Made by a program: the position numbers and the translations under genes. Positions 10,377 to 20,090 of a DNA stretch of 64,000 bases are shown piece by piece. The DNA is from Trueperaceae bacterium. Its GTDB lineage: Bacteria > Deinococcota > Deinococci > Deinococcales > Trueperaceae. Positions within the stretch are counted from its first letter, which is position 1. Each line of letters begins with the position of its first letter. A model generated the notes under the pieces. That model had not been told where the DNA came from and ran no database searches. It worked only from the letters and a program-made list of their open reading frames with translations. Location of the stretch: NCBI GenBank assembly GCA_040905465.1, contig JBBDRK010000049.1, positions 128,001 through 192,000 on the forward strand, written 5' to 3'.

Positions 10377-11213
10377 TCAATCTGCCATGCGACGGTCTGG
10401 CTGTTGCCCTCGACCGAACCGTCGAGCGAGGGAATCTGCGGCGTGCTGCAGCGAGGGCAGCATCGTGAGGGCGCGCTCCCGATCGAATCGATAGGCGGGG
10501 GCTCCGATGGATAGGCCGGCCAATACGCGGCCATCGGCGCCGCGAACCGGCACACCGATTGCGGCTGCGCCGGGGGTGAGCTGGGAGGAGGTGTAGGCGA
10601 AGCCGGCGCGGGCGACCGAACGCATCTCCTGCTTCGCCTGCGCCCGAAGCTCCGGCTGGACCACGGTGCGCGCCAGGATCGACGACCGCTCCGCGTCCTC
10701 CAGAAACGCGAGCACCACCGAGTTCGAGGCCCCGAGGTGGAGCGGGCTGGCAGTCCCAACATCGATGAGCAGTCGCACCTCCTGAGGGGTGTTGACGCGG
10801 GCGATGCAGAGCGCATGCAGACCGTCCCGAACCATCATGAACGCGGTCTCGCCGGTCCTGTCGACCAGGTCCTGAAGGATGGGCTGGGCGGCGGCGGCCA
10901 GCGCATCGAAGTCTCGCGAGCGCCGGGCCAAGGTCCACAGTCGAAAGCCGAGATGGTATCGCGAGTCACTCGGGTCCTGATCGATGAACTGCATCGACTT
11001 GAGAGTGCCGAGCAGCCGGTGCACAGTACTTTTGGGCATTCCCAGGTGGCCGGCCAGGTCTTGCAACGCCCAGTGGGAGCGCTGCTCGAAGGCGGTCAGC
11101 ACGTATAGCACCTTCTCGGCCGCGGAGGCGCTGGAGGCGTCCCGCGGAGTTCGGTCGCCCGTGTCCAGCGACGTCGCGCCGGTTCCGCCTGATAGAACCT
11201 CAATTCCATTCAT
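10377..11213 (-). CDS. IclR family transcriptional regulator
   Basis: LGMPKSTVHRLL HTH, TGETA, PLHLGAS, GAAAIGVPV, LSIGAP. Confidence 0.92.
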   Translation of the reverse strand: MNGIEVLSGGTGATSLDTGDRTPRDASSASAAEKVLYVLTAFEQRSHWALQDLAGHLGMPKSTVHRLLGTLKSMQFIDQDPSDSRYHLGFRLWTLARRSRDFDALAAAAQPILQDLVDRTGETAFMMVRDGLHALCIARVNTPQEVRLLIDVGTASPLHLGASNSVVLAFLEDAERSSILARTVVQPELRAQAKQEMRSVARAGFAYTSSQLTPGAAAIGVPVRGADGRVLAGLSIGAPAYRFDRERALTMLPSLQHAADSLARRFGRGQQPDRRMAD

Positions 11214-11221
11214 GTGGTTGC

Positions 11222-11250
11222 ACGATAATGCGTAGCGGTAGCGCTGTCAA
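11222..11250 (-). promoter_or_regulatory. sigma70-type promoter of the IclR/hydantoinase operon (probably leaderless)
   Basis: Minus strand TTGACA-17 nt-TATCGT, ending 8 nt before the ATG at 11213. No SD. Confidence 0.7.
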
Positions 11251-11301
11251 CTCAGCTGTCGCGGCCGGTCGGGTCATCGAGACGCAGTACCACGCGGTAC
11301 T

Positions 11302-12465
11302 TCAGTGTGACTGGACCACCTGTTCGAGAACGTCCGGGTCGGACATCAGGTCGGCTGCTATCGACGCCAGTATCCGTGCCCCATCCAGAACGGTGCGATC
11401 TCCACGAGCACTTCGGGCAGCTTCACGGAAAGCCTCCGTGTGCGGCAGCGCGGTGTCGTCGATGGCCAGCATCGCGTGGAGAGAAGGTAGTTGCTGGGAC
11501 ACGTTGCCCATGTCCGTAGATCCGGCCGCGTCACTCTGACTCCACGACGAAACCTTGCGGCCGACCCTGGCGGAATGCGCCTCGAACCGTGACGCGAGAG
11601 CGGTGTTGGTGCGCAACTCTCGATAAGCGGGTGAGGCATCGGCGACCTCGACGGTGGCGCCCGTCATCAACGCGGCGCCCTCGACCACGTTTCGCAGGCG
11701 CGGAGCCAGATCGTCGAAGAGATAGGCGCCGTCCGAGGCCCGTCCCACCAGCAGCATCTCGGCCCGCTCGGGGATGATGTTCGCTGCGTCGCCTCCGTGG
11801 GTGACGATGGCATGCATTCGCACGTCGGGCCGGACCTGCTGGCGGAGCGCGTCGAGGCCGCTGAACGCCAGGCGGACGGCGTCCAACGCGTTCACACCCA
11901 GGTGTGGCGCCAGCGCGGCATGCGCCGGCTTTCCGCGAAATCGGACGTGCCACTTGAAACTGGCGAGCATGGCGATTCCCGACTGGTCCAGGTGGTACGG
12001 ATGAATCATCATCGCGGCGTCGACGTCGTCGAAGACGCCCGCTTCAATCAGGATCGCCTTGCCGCCGCCGCCCTCTTCGGCGGGCGTTCCGATTACCAGT
12101 AACTTGCCGGGCAGCTTACCCATCAACGGAGCAAGTGCGAGACCTGCGCCGATCGCCGCGGTGGCGATGATGTTGTGACCGCAGCCGTGTCCCAGGCCCT
12201 CCAGTGCGTCGTACTCCGCGAGCACCGCCACCGTGGGTCCAGCTCCCGTGCCCGGCAACTCCGCTCGAAAGGCCGTGGCCAGGCCGCCGACTCCTCGCTC
12301 GAGCTGGAAACCTGCCTCTTCGAGCGTGCCGGCAAGGACCGAGCTCGCCTGAATCTCCTGGAACCTGATCTCCGGATTCGCGTGAATTCGGTGGCTCAGC
12401 TCGAGCAGTTCCGCTTCTCGAGCGGCGACAAAGGTATCGATGGCGGCATAGCCTTCGTTTGTCAC
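11302..12465 (-). CDS. M20 family amidohydrolase (ACY1L2/AbgB-like)
   Basis: GTG start 12465 with GGAGGAG RBS. IHANPE, AEYDAL..GHGCGHN, GTPAEEGGGGK, MMIHP, GSTDMGNVS. Confidence 0.9.
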   Translation of the reverse strand: MTNEGYAAIDTFVAAREAELLELSHRIHANPEIRFQEIQASSVLAGTLEEAGFQLERGVGGLATAFRAELPGTGAGPTVAVLAEYDALEGLGHGCGHNIIATAAIGAGLALAPLMGKLPGKLLVIGTPAEEGGGGKAILIEAGVFDDVDAAMMIHPYHLDQSGIAMLASFKWHVRFRGKPAHAALAPHLGVNALDAVRLAFSGLDALRQQVRPDVRMHAIVTHGGDAANIIPERAEMLLVGRASDGAYLFDDLAPRLRNVVEGAALMTGATVEVADASPAYRELRTNTALASRFEAHSARVGRKVSSWSQSDAAGSTDMGNVSQQLPSLHAMLAIDDTALPHTEAFREAARSARGDRTVLDGARILASIAADLMSDPDVLEQVVQSH

Positions 12466-12601
12466 GATGTTCTCCTCCGGTTCACCACCGCTCGATACGG
12501 CAGATGTGGCGTCAGCGATAGCGGGTAGGATAATGCATGCCGAGCACTCCAGCGCCATTCGCCCCGCGGGCTTCCTGCGCATGCGGCGGACGCGGTCGCT
12601 G

Positions 12602-13858
12602 ATGAAAAGAACTCGAAGCGACGGAACTACAACCGTCACCGCCACACTCCCGGCATCCACTAATCGAGCGCGCTACCGCGCCTTCAGGGGCGAGCGCCTC
12701 ACCGCCTACCTGTTCATACTGCCGGCGGTCTTCCTGATCGCCATCTTCGGCATCTTCCCGATCGGCTATACGTTCTACATGAGCCTCTATCGCTGGCGGA
12801 TTCGCAAGGGGTCGTTCATCGGCTTCGACCATTACAGCGATCTGGTGGGCAACTGGGCGGCGGCGCTGGCGTTCATGGTGGGCTTGGCGGCCTTGCTGGT
12901 GGCTCACTGGCTGTGGACGAGCGCTTTCGCCCGCGAAGGATGGCGTCGCTGGCGCAGGTTGGCCGTCTCGCTCACGCTAATGGCGGCCGGCGTGTCGATC
13001 GCCCTTGGCTGGCGCACGATGATGGCCCTGGGAGACGACGAGTTCCTCGGATCCCTGGTGGTAACGCTCTACTATGCGCTCGGCACGGTACCTGTTCAGA
13101 TCGCGCTGGCGCTCGTACTGGCAACCTTGCTGTTTCAGAAAATCCGCGGGAAGGAGGGGTTCCGAATGATCTACTTCCTCCCTTACGTCACGCCGCAGGT
13201 GGCCGCCGCAGTGGTGTTCGCGCAGATCTTCAGCCCCAGAGGCAGCAGCCTGGCGCCCGGCAGCAACAGCGTCGCCAATCAGGTGCTCGCCTGGTTTCGC
13301 ATCGAACCGCAACGGTGGCTGTTCGAGCCGCGACCCCTCACCGAACTACTGTTCGGCGATCAGATCGCGGTTTTCAACGGCTGGCTCGCCGACTCGGGAG
13401 TCGCATGGCAACTGGGCGGACTGTGGCTGGGACCCAGCCTGGCCCTGGTGAGCATCATTCTGTTCGGCGTCTGGACCTACACGGGGCTGAACGTGGTGAT
13501 TTTCCTGGCCGGCCTGGGCGGCATTCCGGTGGAGCTGTATGAGGCCGCCGAGATCGACGGAGCCAATTCACGGCAACGCTTCTGGAGCATCACGATTCCG
13601 CTTCTCTCGCCGGTGACCTACTACCTCACGCTGCTGGGCTTCATCGGCACATTGCAGGCTTTCAGCCAACTGTACGTGATGCGCTCGCCGTTCGCCCGAG
13701 GGACGGTCGATACCGCCAGCATCATGATCTTCGACACCTTCTACAAATCGAACAACTTCAGCCTGGCGGCGGCTCAGTCGTTCCTGCTCTTCTTCGTAAT
13801 CCTGTTCGTGACCATCACCCAACAGCGGGTGATGGGGCGCAAGGTGTTCTATGGCTAG
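12602..13858 (+). CDS. Carbohydrate ABC transporter permease with extra TM segments
   Basis: AYLFILPA, YFLPYVTP, LYEAAEIDGA, ITIPLLSP. Start uncertain (12533-12602). Confidence 0.88.
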   Translation: MKRTRSDGTTTVTATLPASTNRARYRAFRGERLTAYLFILPAVFLIAIFGIFPIGYTFYMSLYRWRIRKGSFIGFDHYSDLVGNWAAALAFMVGLAALLVAHWLWTSAFAREGWRRWRRLAVSLTLMAAGVSIALGWRTMMALGDDEFLGSLVVTLYYALGTVPVQIALALVLATLLFQKIRGKEGFRMIYFLPYVTPQVAAAVVFAQIFSPRGSSLAPGSNSVANQVLAWFRIEPQRWLFEPRPLTELLFGDQIAVFNGWLADSGVAWQLGGLWLGPSLALVSIILFGVWTYTGLNVVIFLAGLGGIPVELYEAAEIDGANSRQRFWSITIPLLSPVTYYLTLLGFIGTLQAFSQLYVMRSPFARGTVDTASIMIFDTFYKSNNFSLAAAQSFLLFFVILFVTITQQRVMGRKVFYG

Positions 13859-14720
13859 GGCGCTTGGCGGAGGAGCCTCCGGCCTGGGCTTCAGGCTCCG
13901 TCACCTACCGGTGTATTTCGTGCTGTTGCTCGGTGCGGTCGTCGCCATAACTCCCTTCTTCTACATGCTGTCGACATCTTTCATGACGCTCGGCGAGGCG
14001 ATCAACCGGCAGTGGCTGCCGGCACAACCGCAGGTCGTGAACTTTGAACGCGCCTGGAACGAGGCCGACTTCGCCCGTTATTTCATGAACAGCGTGATCA
14101 TCACCGCCACAACCATCGCCGGACTGCTGATTACCTCCACCCTTGCGGCCTACGCCTTCGCACGCATCCGCTTCCCTGCTCGCGACCTGATCTTCACGAT
14201 CTTGCTGGCCACGCTGATGATCCCTGAAACGGTCACGTTCATCCCCCAGTACCTGATAATCCGCGGCGACGTCTTCCCACTACCCGGCGGCTCTTGGATC
14301 AATACCCTGCAGGCGCTCACCGTGCCGTTCATGGCCAATGCGGTGAGCATCTTCCTGTTGCGCCAGTTCTTCGCGCGCATCCCGTTCGACCTGTGGGACG
14401 CCGCCCGTATGGATGGCGCCGGACATCTGCGCTTCCTGGTGGCGGTGGTGGTGCCGATGAGCAAGCCGGTGATGCTCACCGTCACCCTGCTCGCTTTCAT
14501 CACCTCCTGGAACGCCTTCCTGTGGCCGATCCTGGTGACCAACAACCCGACCTGGCGACCGCTGATGGTGGGCCTCTACAACTTCATGGGCGAGGCAGGG
14601 CCGGAGACGCACCTGCTGATGGCTGGCGCCATGATCACAATCGTGCCGGTGCTGGTGCTCTACTTCATCGCCCAGAAACAGTTCACCGAGGGGATCGCTA
14701 CCTCCGGGCTGAAGGGCTGA
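13851..14720 (+). CDS. Carbohydrate ABC transporter permease
   Basis: AAYAFAR, IFLLRQFF, DAARMDGA, SWNAFLWP, QKQFTEGIATSGLKG. Confidence 0.92.
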   Translation: MARALGGGASGLGFRLRHLPVYFVLLLGAVVAITPFFYMLSTSFMTLGEAINRQWLPAQPQVVNFERAWNEADFARYFMNSVIITATTIAGLLITSTLAAYAFARIRFPARDLIFTILLATLMIPETVTFIPQYLIIRGDVFPLPGGSWINTLQALTVPFMANAVSIFLLRQFFARIPFDLWDAARMDGAGHLRFLVAVVVPMSKPVMLTVTLLAFITSWNAFLWPILVTNNPTWRPLMVGLYNFMGEAGPETHLLMAGAMITIVPVLVLYFIAQKQFTEGIATSGLKG

Positions 14721-14928
14721 GCGTCAGCTCGCCGACGATCCCTCGGAAGGCCAACTCCAGTTTCCTGTGCGCCTCGTCGAAGCGCTCCCCGCGCCAGTCC
14801 GGTGGCGACACTCCGCCGAGGTCTTCGCCGGCGGCCCGAAATGCGGGCGGGCGCCACGAATCTGACAGTTCCCTGACCTCCAGCCGGTAGAGTGAGGGGA
14901 ACTACTCGCAAGCTTGAAGGGAGAGGGA

Positions 14929-16254
14929 ATGAAGCGATTGAGGTGGATGCTGGGTCTGCTGGTTGCACTATCGCTCACGGCGGCAGTGGCCCAAGGCAAC
15001 CGATACGAGAACGTCGATCCGAGCGGCCAGGAAGTGGTGTTCTGGCACGTTCACAGCGGTCCGAACGGCGAACTGCTGGAATCGATAGTCCAGGACTTCA
15101 ACGAGACGAACGAGTACGGCATCACCGTGGTGGCCGAGCATCAGGGCAGCTATCCGGACATCTTCCAGAAGATTCTGCCGATCCTCGGCAGCGACGACAT
15201 GCCCAACTTGCTCATCGCCTACCAGAACCAGGCCGCCACCTATCAGTTGGCGGATGCCCTGGTCGACATGCGGCCGTTGGTGGAGAGCGACCAGTGGGGC
15301 TTCGGCGAAGCCCGAGCCGACTTCTTCGAGGGCTTCGTGCAGTCGGACGTGTTCCCCAGCTTCGGTGGCGCTCAGCTTGGTTGGCCGCCGAACCGTTCTA
15401 TGGAGGTCCTCTTCTACAACCAGCAGTGGCTCGAGGAGCTGGGCTTCGACAAGGCTCCCACCACGCCGGAAGAGTTTCGGGAAGTGACCTGCGCTGCCTC
15501 ACAGAACCCGTTCAGCGAGGCGGCCGGCCAGGGGGCGATAGGCTTCGAGATGACCGTCGGCGCCAGCACCTTCGCCTCCATGGTCTTCGCCTTCGGCGGC
15601 AACGTCTACGACACGGAGAACAACCGCTACACCTACGACAGCCCTGAGGCGATCGAAGCGATGACCTTCGTGCAGGGCCTGATCGAGGACGGCTGCGCCG
15701 CCATCGAGACCGAACGCTACGGCGCTCAGGCGAACTTCGGGGTCGGTACCACCTTCTCCACCACCGGCTCCTCGGTGGGCATTCCCTACTACGAGCGGGC
15801 GGTAGAGGCGGGAGCTCAGTTCGAGTTCGACGTTGCAGCGATGCCGCACGCCACCCCGAATCCGGTGATGAACGTCTACGGCCCCTCGATCAGCATGGCC
15901 GACGTTGGCGGTCCCGAGGCGCACGTGGCCTCGTGGCTGTTCATCAAGCACCTGAGCACGCCCGAGGCGCAGGCCGAGTGGGCCCGCTTCACCAACTACT
16001 TCCCGGTGCGTGAGAGCGTTGCCCGCGAGCTGGACGAGTACTTCACCGCCAATCCCAAGTTCGAGACGGCCTTCGAGCTGCTGCCGTACGGGGTAGCCGA
16101 GCCGGCCACCCCCGGCTACGACTTCGTACGCGACCTGGTCGGCGACGCCATGGCCGCGATGTTCACCGGCGAGGACGTCGCCGAGACCTTGGCCGACCTG
16201 AACGAAGAGGCGAACGAGATCCTGCAGGACCAGCTCGCCGAGATGCAGAACTAA
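14929..16254 (+). CDS. Carbohydrate / glycerophosphodiester ABC substrate-binding protein (UgpB-like)
   Basis: Signal peptide MKRLRWMLG...AVA-Q, VVFWH, PPNRSMEVLFYN, QAEWARFTNYFPV. Confidence 0.88.
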   Translation: MKRLRWMLGLLVALSLTAAVAQGNRYENVDPSGQEVVFWHVHSGPNGELLESIVQDFNETNEYGITVVAEHQGSYPDIFQKILPILGSDDMPNLLIAYQNQAATYQLADALVDMRPLVESDQWGFGEARADFFEGFVQSDVFPSFGGAQLGWPPNRSMEVLFYNQQWLEELGFDKAPTTPEEFREVTCAASQNPFSEAAGQGAIGFEMTVGASTFASMVFAFGGNVYDTENNRYTYDSPEAIEAMTFVQGLIEDGCAAIETERYGAQANFGVGTTFSTTGSSVGIPYYERAVEAGAQFEFDVAAMPHATPNPVMNVYGPSISMADVGGPEAHVASWLFIKHLSTPEAQAEWARFTNYFPVRESVARELDEYFTANPKFETAFELLPYGVAEPATPGYDFVRDLVGDAMAAMFTGEDVAETLADLNEEANEILQDQLAEMQN

Positions 16255-16315
16255 CAGGCGCAGACTCAAAGGCGCAGACTCAAAGGGCTTGCAAGCCTGC
16301 GTCGAGCCGCAAGCC

Positions 16316-16349
16316 AACCGGTGTGCCGCGAGTTCGGCCCACCGGTTTT
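16316..16349 (+). terminator. Intrinsic terminator after the sugar SBP gene
   Basis: AACCGGTGtGCCG-cgagtt-CGGCcCACCGGTT followed by TT. Confidence 0.6.
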
Positions 16350-16461
16350 CGTCTGTCGCGTTCGATCGAATCAGGTCCAGCGCACCGCCAGACCGCAGCG
16401 GAAACCGCACCTGAGGTAGCCCTCTACCGCCGCACGTCCCGACGGTGTCGGCCGGACCCGG

Positions 16462-16620
16462 CTACAACGCCACCAGCACGATGAGCAGGACCACCACTGC
16501 CGCCAGCAGCAAGTAGAACAGGATCTTCGCCGCTCCCGCAGCCACACTGGCGACTCCGGTGAAACCGAGGGCGCCGGCGATGACCGCGACGATTGCGAGT
16601 CCGATAATCCATCCGAGCAT
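16462..16620 (-). CDS. DUF1328 (UPF0391/YtjA-like) small membrane protein
   Basis: Manual translation, 52 aa, below the ORF-track cutoff: MLGWIIGLAIVAVIAGALGFTGVASVAAGAAKILFYLLLAAVVVLLIVLVAL. GGAGAGG RBS. Confidence 0.9.
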   Translation of the reverse strand: MLGWIIGLAIVAVIAGALGFTGVASVAAGAAKILFYLLLAAVVVLLIVLVAL

Positions 16621-16698
16621 TGCACCCCTCCTGCAGCTACGGTAGACCGGTACGCCCGTACCGTTTGTGCCCGGTCATCCGCTGCGAGGGGCAAGCGC

Positions 16699-17877
16699 CT
16701 ACTCCTTGACGAAGAGTCTCCTCGGCACGTTGCTCAGGCACTCCGACCCGTTCTCCGCGATGAGGATGCTCTCGGTGATCTCCATCCCCCAGTCGTCGAA
16801 CCACAGGCCCGGCATCAGGTGGAAGGTCATCCCCGGCTGCAATACGGTCTTGTCACCTGGCCGGAAGCTCATGGTCCGCTCCCCCCAGTCCGGTGGATAG
16901 CTCAGGCCGATCGGATAGCCGGCTCGACTCTCGCGCTCGATGCCGTAGCAGGCTATCGTCCGGGCGAAGGCCGCTTCCACCTCCTCGCAGGTATTTCCCG
17001 GCCGTGCCGCCTCCAGCGCCGCCTCGATACCTTCGAGCAGCGCGCCTTCGGCATGCGTGAACCTCTCGTCCGGCTTGCCGAGGAAGATCGTGCGCGACAG
17101 CGGGCAGTGGTAGCGTTTGTAACAGCCCGCGACCTCGAAATAGGTGCCGTAGCCCCGCTCCATCGGAGCATCGTCCCACGTCAGGTGGGGCGCGCATGCC
17201 TGAACGCCGGTAGGCAGGAGCGGCACTATCGAGGGGTAGTCGCCGCCGAATTCGTCGGTGCCCCGCACGGTAGTGGCGTAGATCTCGGCGACCAGGTCGT
17301 TCTTGCGCATTCCCGGCTCGATCACCTCGAGGATTCGCTGGTGCACCCGCTCCACGATACGCGCTGCCTTGCGCATGTATTCGATCTCCTGCTCCGACTT
17401 GATCGCTCGCTGCCAGTTCACCAGGCAGGTCGCATCCAGCAGGCGGCCATTCGGCAGGTTGCACTCGAGCGCGCGGAAGGCGGCGGCGCTGAAGTAGTAG
17501 TTGTCCATCTCCACGCCGATCGCCAGTTGGTCCCAGCCCCAATCGCGAATGATCAGCGCGAGGTACTCCATCGGGTGGCACTCGGAGGACTGTACGAAGC
17601 GGTCGGGGTAGCCCATCACCCGGTCATCGTTCATGTAGACCGTGTGCTTGGCACCGGTGACGTCGTGCATGCGGCCGTACCAGAGTGGCTCGCCCTGGTC
17701 CGGGACGAGGACACACTGGTGGACGTAGAAGGACCAGCCGTCGTAGCCGGTCAACCAGGCCATGTTCGAAGGGTCGCTGACGATGAGCAGGTTGATCCCT
17801 CGCTCGCTCATCGCGCGTTGCGTCTTGCTGAGACGCTGAGCATATTCCTGCCGGCTGAAGTTGAGCTTGTCGTTCAT
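16699..17877 (-). CDS. doeA: Ectoine hydrolase DoeA/EutD (M24 family)
   Basis: Start MNDKLNFSRQEY. DPSNMAWLTGYDGWSFYVHQ, EMDNYYFSA, GGDYPSIVPLLP, YPPDWGERTMS are characteristic of DoeA. Confidence 0.92.
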   Translation of the reverse strand: MNDKLNFSRQEYAQRLSKTQRAMSERGINLLIVSDPSNMAWLTGYDGWSFYVHQCVLVPDQGEPLWYGRMHDVTGAKHTVYMNDDRVMGYPDRFVQSSECHPMEYLALIIRDWGWDQLAIGVEMDNYYFSAAAFRALECNLPNGRLLDATCLVNWQRAIKSEQEIEYMRKAARIVERVHQRILEVIEPGMRKNDLVAEIYATTVRGTDEFGGDYPSIVPLLPTGVQACAPHLTWDDAPMERGYGTYFEVAGCYKRYHCPLSRTIFLGKPDERFTHAEGALLEGIEAALEAARPGNTCEEVEAAFARTIACYGIERESRAGYPIGLSYPPDWGERTMSFRPGDKTVLQPGMTFHLMPGLWFDDWGMEITESILIAENGSECLSNVPRRLFVKE

Positions 17878-17917
17878 GCCCGTTCCTTCGGAGGCCGCAC
17901 GCGGCCATGTGATGTGA

Positions 17918-18928
17918 TCACGCATCGAACGTGACCCCTTTGCTGCCAGCACCGACTGGGGTGCTACCAACCGCCCTGGCGTAGGCCAGAGCGGCAATGG
18001 CCGTGTCTTGGGCACCGGTGCCGGTAAGGTCGCACACGGTGATCTGCCGCGCGCCGGTTCGGCCCGCCACTTTGCCGGCGATGACCTCGCCGAGCTCGGG
18101 AAAACTGCTGTCCTCCGGAACCACTCCGGCCAGAACGGCATGGTGCAGCTCGCCCAGCTTGCGGCTTTGGCTCAGCCGGTCGCAAACGAACCGGTCCGCC
18201 CGCACGAGCACGCTCGGGTCGAGCTCGTTCTTGTGCTCGGAGTCCGAGCCCATGGCTGTGACGTGCACGCCGGGCTGCAGCCACTCGCCGCGCACCAGCG
18301 GTTCCCGGCTGGGCGTGGTGGTGACGACGATGTCGCTCTCCCGTACCGCACGTTCGGGCGAACCGACCGGTACCACGCCGATGCCCAGCCTCTCGCTCAT
18401 CTCTTCGGCGTACTGCCGTGCCTTGTCCTCACGCCGCGCCCACACCAGAGCCCGTTCTATCGGCCGCACCAGAGTCAGGGCCTCCAGTTGCAGCCGAGCC
18501 TGAGCGCCGGCGCCGATGATTCCGGCCGTACCGCTCTCCGGACGTGACAGCGAGCGCGCGGCAACTGCGCCGGCCGCGGCGGTTCGCACATCGGTGAGAT
18601 AGCCGTTGTCGAGAAGGAGGGCCAGCACCTGACCGGTCGTGCTGCTCAGCAAAATCATCAGCCCGCCCAGGCTGGGTAGCCCCAGCTTCGGATTGTCGAA
18701 GAAGCCCGGACTCACCTTTATGGCGAAGCTGTCCAGCCCCGGCAGGTAGGCGCTCTTCACGTCGACCTCGCCGTTGTGCTCGCGGATGTCGAGCCTCATT
18801 ACCGGCGGCATCACCACGTCGCTGGTCGCCAGCAACCGAAAGCACTCCTCTACGGCATCAACGGCCCTCCTGTCGAGCGGCACCAGCGACCTGAGTTCCG
18901 ATTCGTTCAGAAGCCGCACGCTCGCCAT
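17918..18928 (-). CDS. eutC: Ectoine utilization cyclodeaminase-family protein EutC
   Basis: GEVDVKSAYLPGLDSFAIKVSPGFFDNPKLGLPS, LLDNGYLTDVRTAAAG, DLTGTGAQDTAIA. Confidence 0.9.
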   Translation of the reverse strand: MASVRLLNESELRSLVPLDRRAVDAVEECFRLLATSDVVMPPVMRLDIREHNGEVDVKSAYLPGLDSFAIKVSPGFFDNPKLGLPSLGGLMILLSSTTGQVLALLLDNGYLTDVRTAAAGAVAARSLSRPESGTAGIIGAGAQARLQLEALTLVRPIERALVWARREDKARQYAEEMSERLGIGVVPVGSPERAVRESDIVVTTTPSREPLVRGEWLQPGVHVTAMGSDSEHKNELDPSVLVRADRFVCDRLSQSRKLGELHHAVLAGVVPEDSSFPELGEVIAGKVAGRTGARQITVCDLTGTGAQDTAIAALAYARAVGSTPVGAGSKGVTFDA

Positions 18929-18929
18929 G

Positions 18930-20087
18930 TCAATCGCCTCCCCGGTCAGGCCGCGACCCTTTGGTTGGCGCCGTCCTCGTTACTCCGGCGCGTCCCTGCT
19001 GCTCCGCCGCACTGCCGTCGTATGCCGCTGTCAGCCGGGCGTGCAGTTCGCCGTCTATGTTCCCGCCGCTGAGCAGGACTACCGTCGTCTCGAAACGCCC
19101 ATGGTCCCGGTGGCGGCTGTCGGACACGTTGGTCGAATAGACTCCAGGCGCAGCTTTGCGACCAGCGGCCTCGGCAAGCAGTCCCGCGATTCCCACCGCC
19201 CCGGCGCCCTCGACGACCTGCCCCTCCATCCAGTGGGCATGCCCGATGGCGGCCGCCAGCGACTCTTCGCCCACCAGCAGGTGCTCATCCACCAGTGAGC
19301 GCACCATCTCGAAGGTGAAGCGGTTATCGCGGCCGATACCCCCGCCGAGCGAGTCCGCCAGGCTCTCCGGCTCCTCCACCTCGACCGGCTTGCCGGCCTC
19401 CAGGCTTCGGTACATCGCGCAGCCCCGTTCCATGCTCACTGCGGTGATGGTGACCCGAGGATCGAGCGACTTGAGCGCCAAGGCGACTCCGGCGATCAGC
19501 CCACCACCGGAGAGCGGCACGATCATGCGCAGCAGACCGCCGTTCCGGTCGGCGCCCGCGAGTTCCGCCAACTGCTCGTTTACTTCGGTTCCGATTGTCC
19601 CCTGTCCCGCTATGACCTCGGCGTGGTCGAAGGGAGGTATCAGCGCCATTCCCTGCTCGCTCACCAGCCGCGCCGCTTCTCGCTGGGCTTCGTCCTGGCT
19701 GGCGCCGACTACCCGCACTTCGGCTCCCTGCTCCTCGACAGCAGAGACCTTGTTGCGAGGCACCAACCGAGACAGGCATACGACCGCACGGGCTCCTGCC
19801 TGACTGCAGGCAAAGGCGACGGCCCGACCGTGGTTACCGGTCGACACCGTGACCACGCCCCGGGAGCGTTGCTCGTCGCTGAGTGCCAGGACGGCGTTCA
19901 GCGCACCGCGCAGCTTGAAGCTGCCGGTACGTTGCAGGTTCTCGAGTTTCAGGTAGACGTCGGCACCCGTCAGCCGGCTCAGCTCGGCGGAGCGTACCAA
20001 CGGCGTTCGCACGACGTGAGCAGCCAGCCGCGCCCTCGCACGGTCCACGTCCTGCAACGACAACCCGCCGGGCAACGGGCCCCTCAT
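18930..20087 (-). CDS. eutB: Hydroxyectoine utilization dehydratase EutB (threonine dehydratase family)
   Basis: KLENLQRTGSFKLRGA, STGNHG, VPLSGGGL, SLADSLGGGIG; adjacent to eutC and doeA. Confidence 0.88.
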   Translation of the reverse strand: MRGPLPGGLSLQDVDRARARLAAHVVRTPLVRSAELSRLTGADVYLKLENLQRTGSFKLRGALNAVLALSDEQRSRGVVTVSTGNHGRAVAFACSQAGARAVVCLSRLVPRNKVSAVEEQGAEVRVVGASQDEAQREAARLVSEQGMALIPPFDHAEVIAGQGTIGTEVNEQLAELAGADRNGGLLRMIVPLSGGGLIAGVALALKSLDPRVTITAVSMERGCAMYRSLEAGKPVEVEEPESLADSLGGGIGRDNRFTFEMVRSLVDEHLLVGEESLAAAIGHAHWMEGQVVEGAGAVGIAGLLAEAAGRKAAPGVYSTNVSDSRHRDHGRFETTVVLLSGGNIDGELHARLTAAYDGSAAEQQGRAGVTRTAPTKGSRPDRGGD

Positions 20088-20090
20088 CGC

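Noticed and set aside
14721-14913. Riboswitch in the permease-SBP gap
   Set aside because: No recognisable aptamer consensus; a TAGAGT -10-like box suggests an internal promoter instead.
16257-16284. 14-bp tandem duplication ggcgcagactcaaa x2
   Set aside because: Only two copies in a 3' UTR, with no evidence of function.
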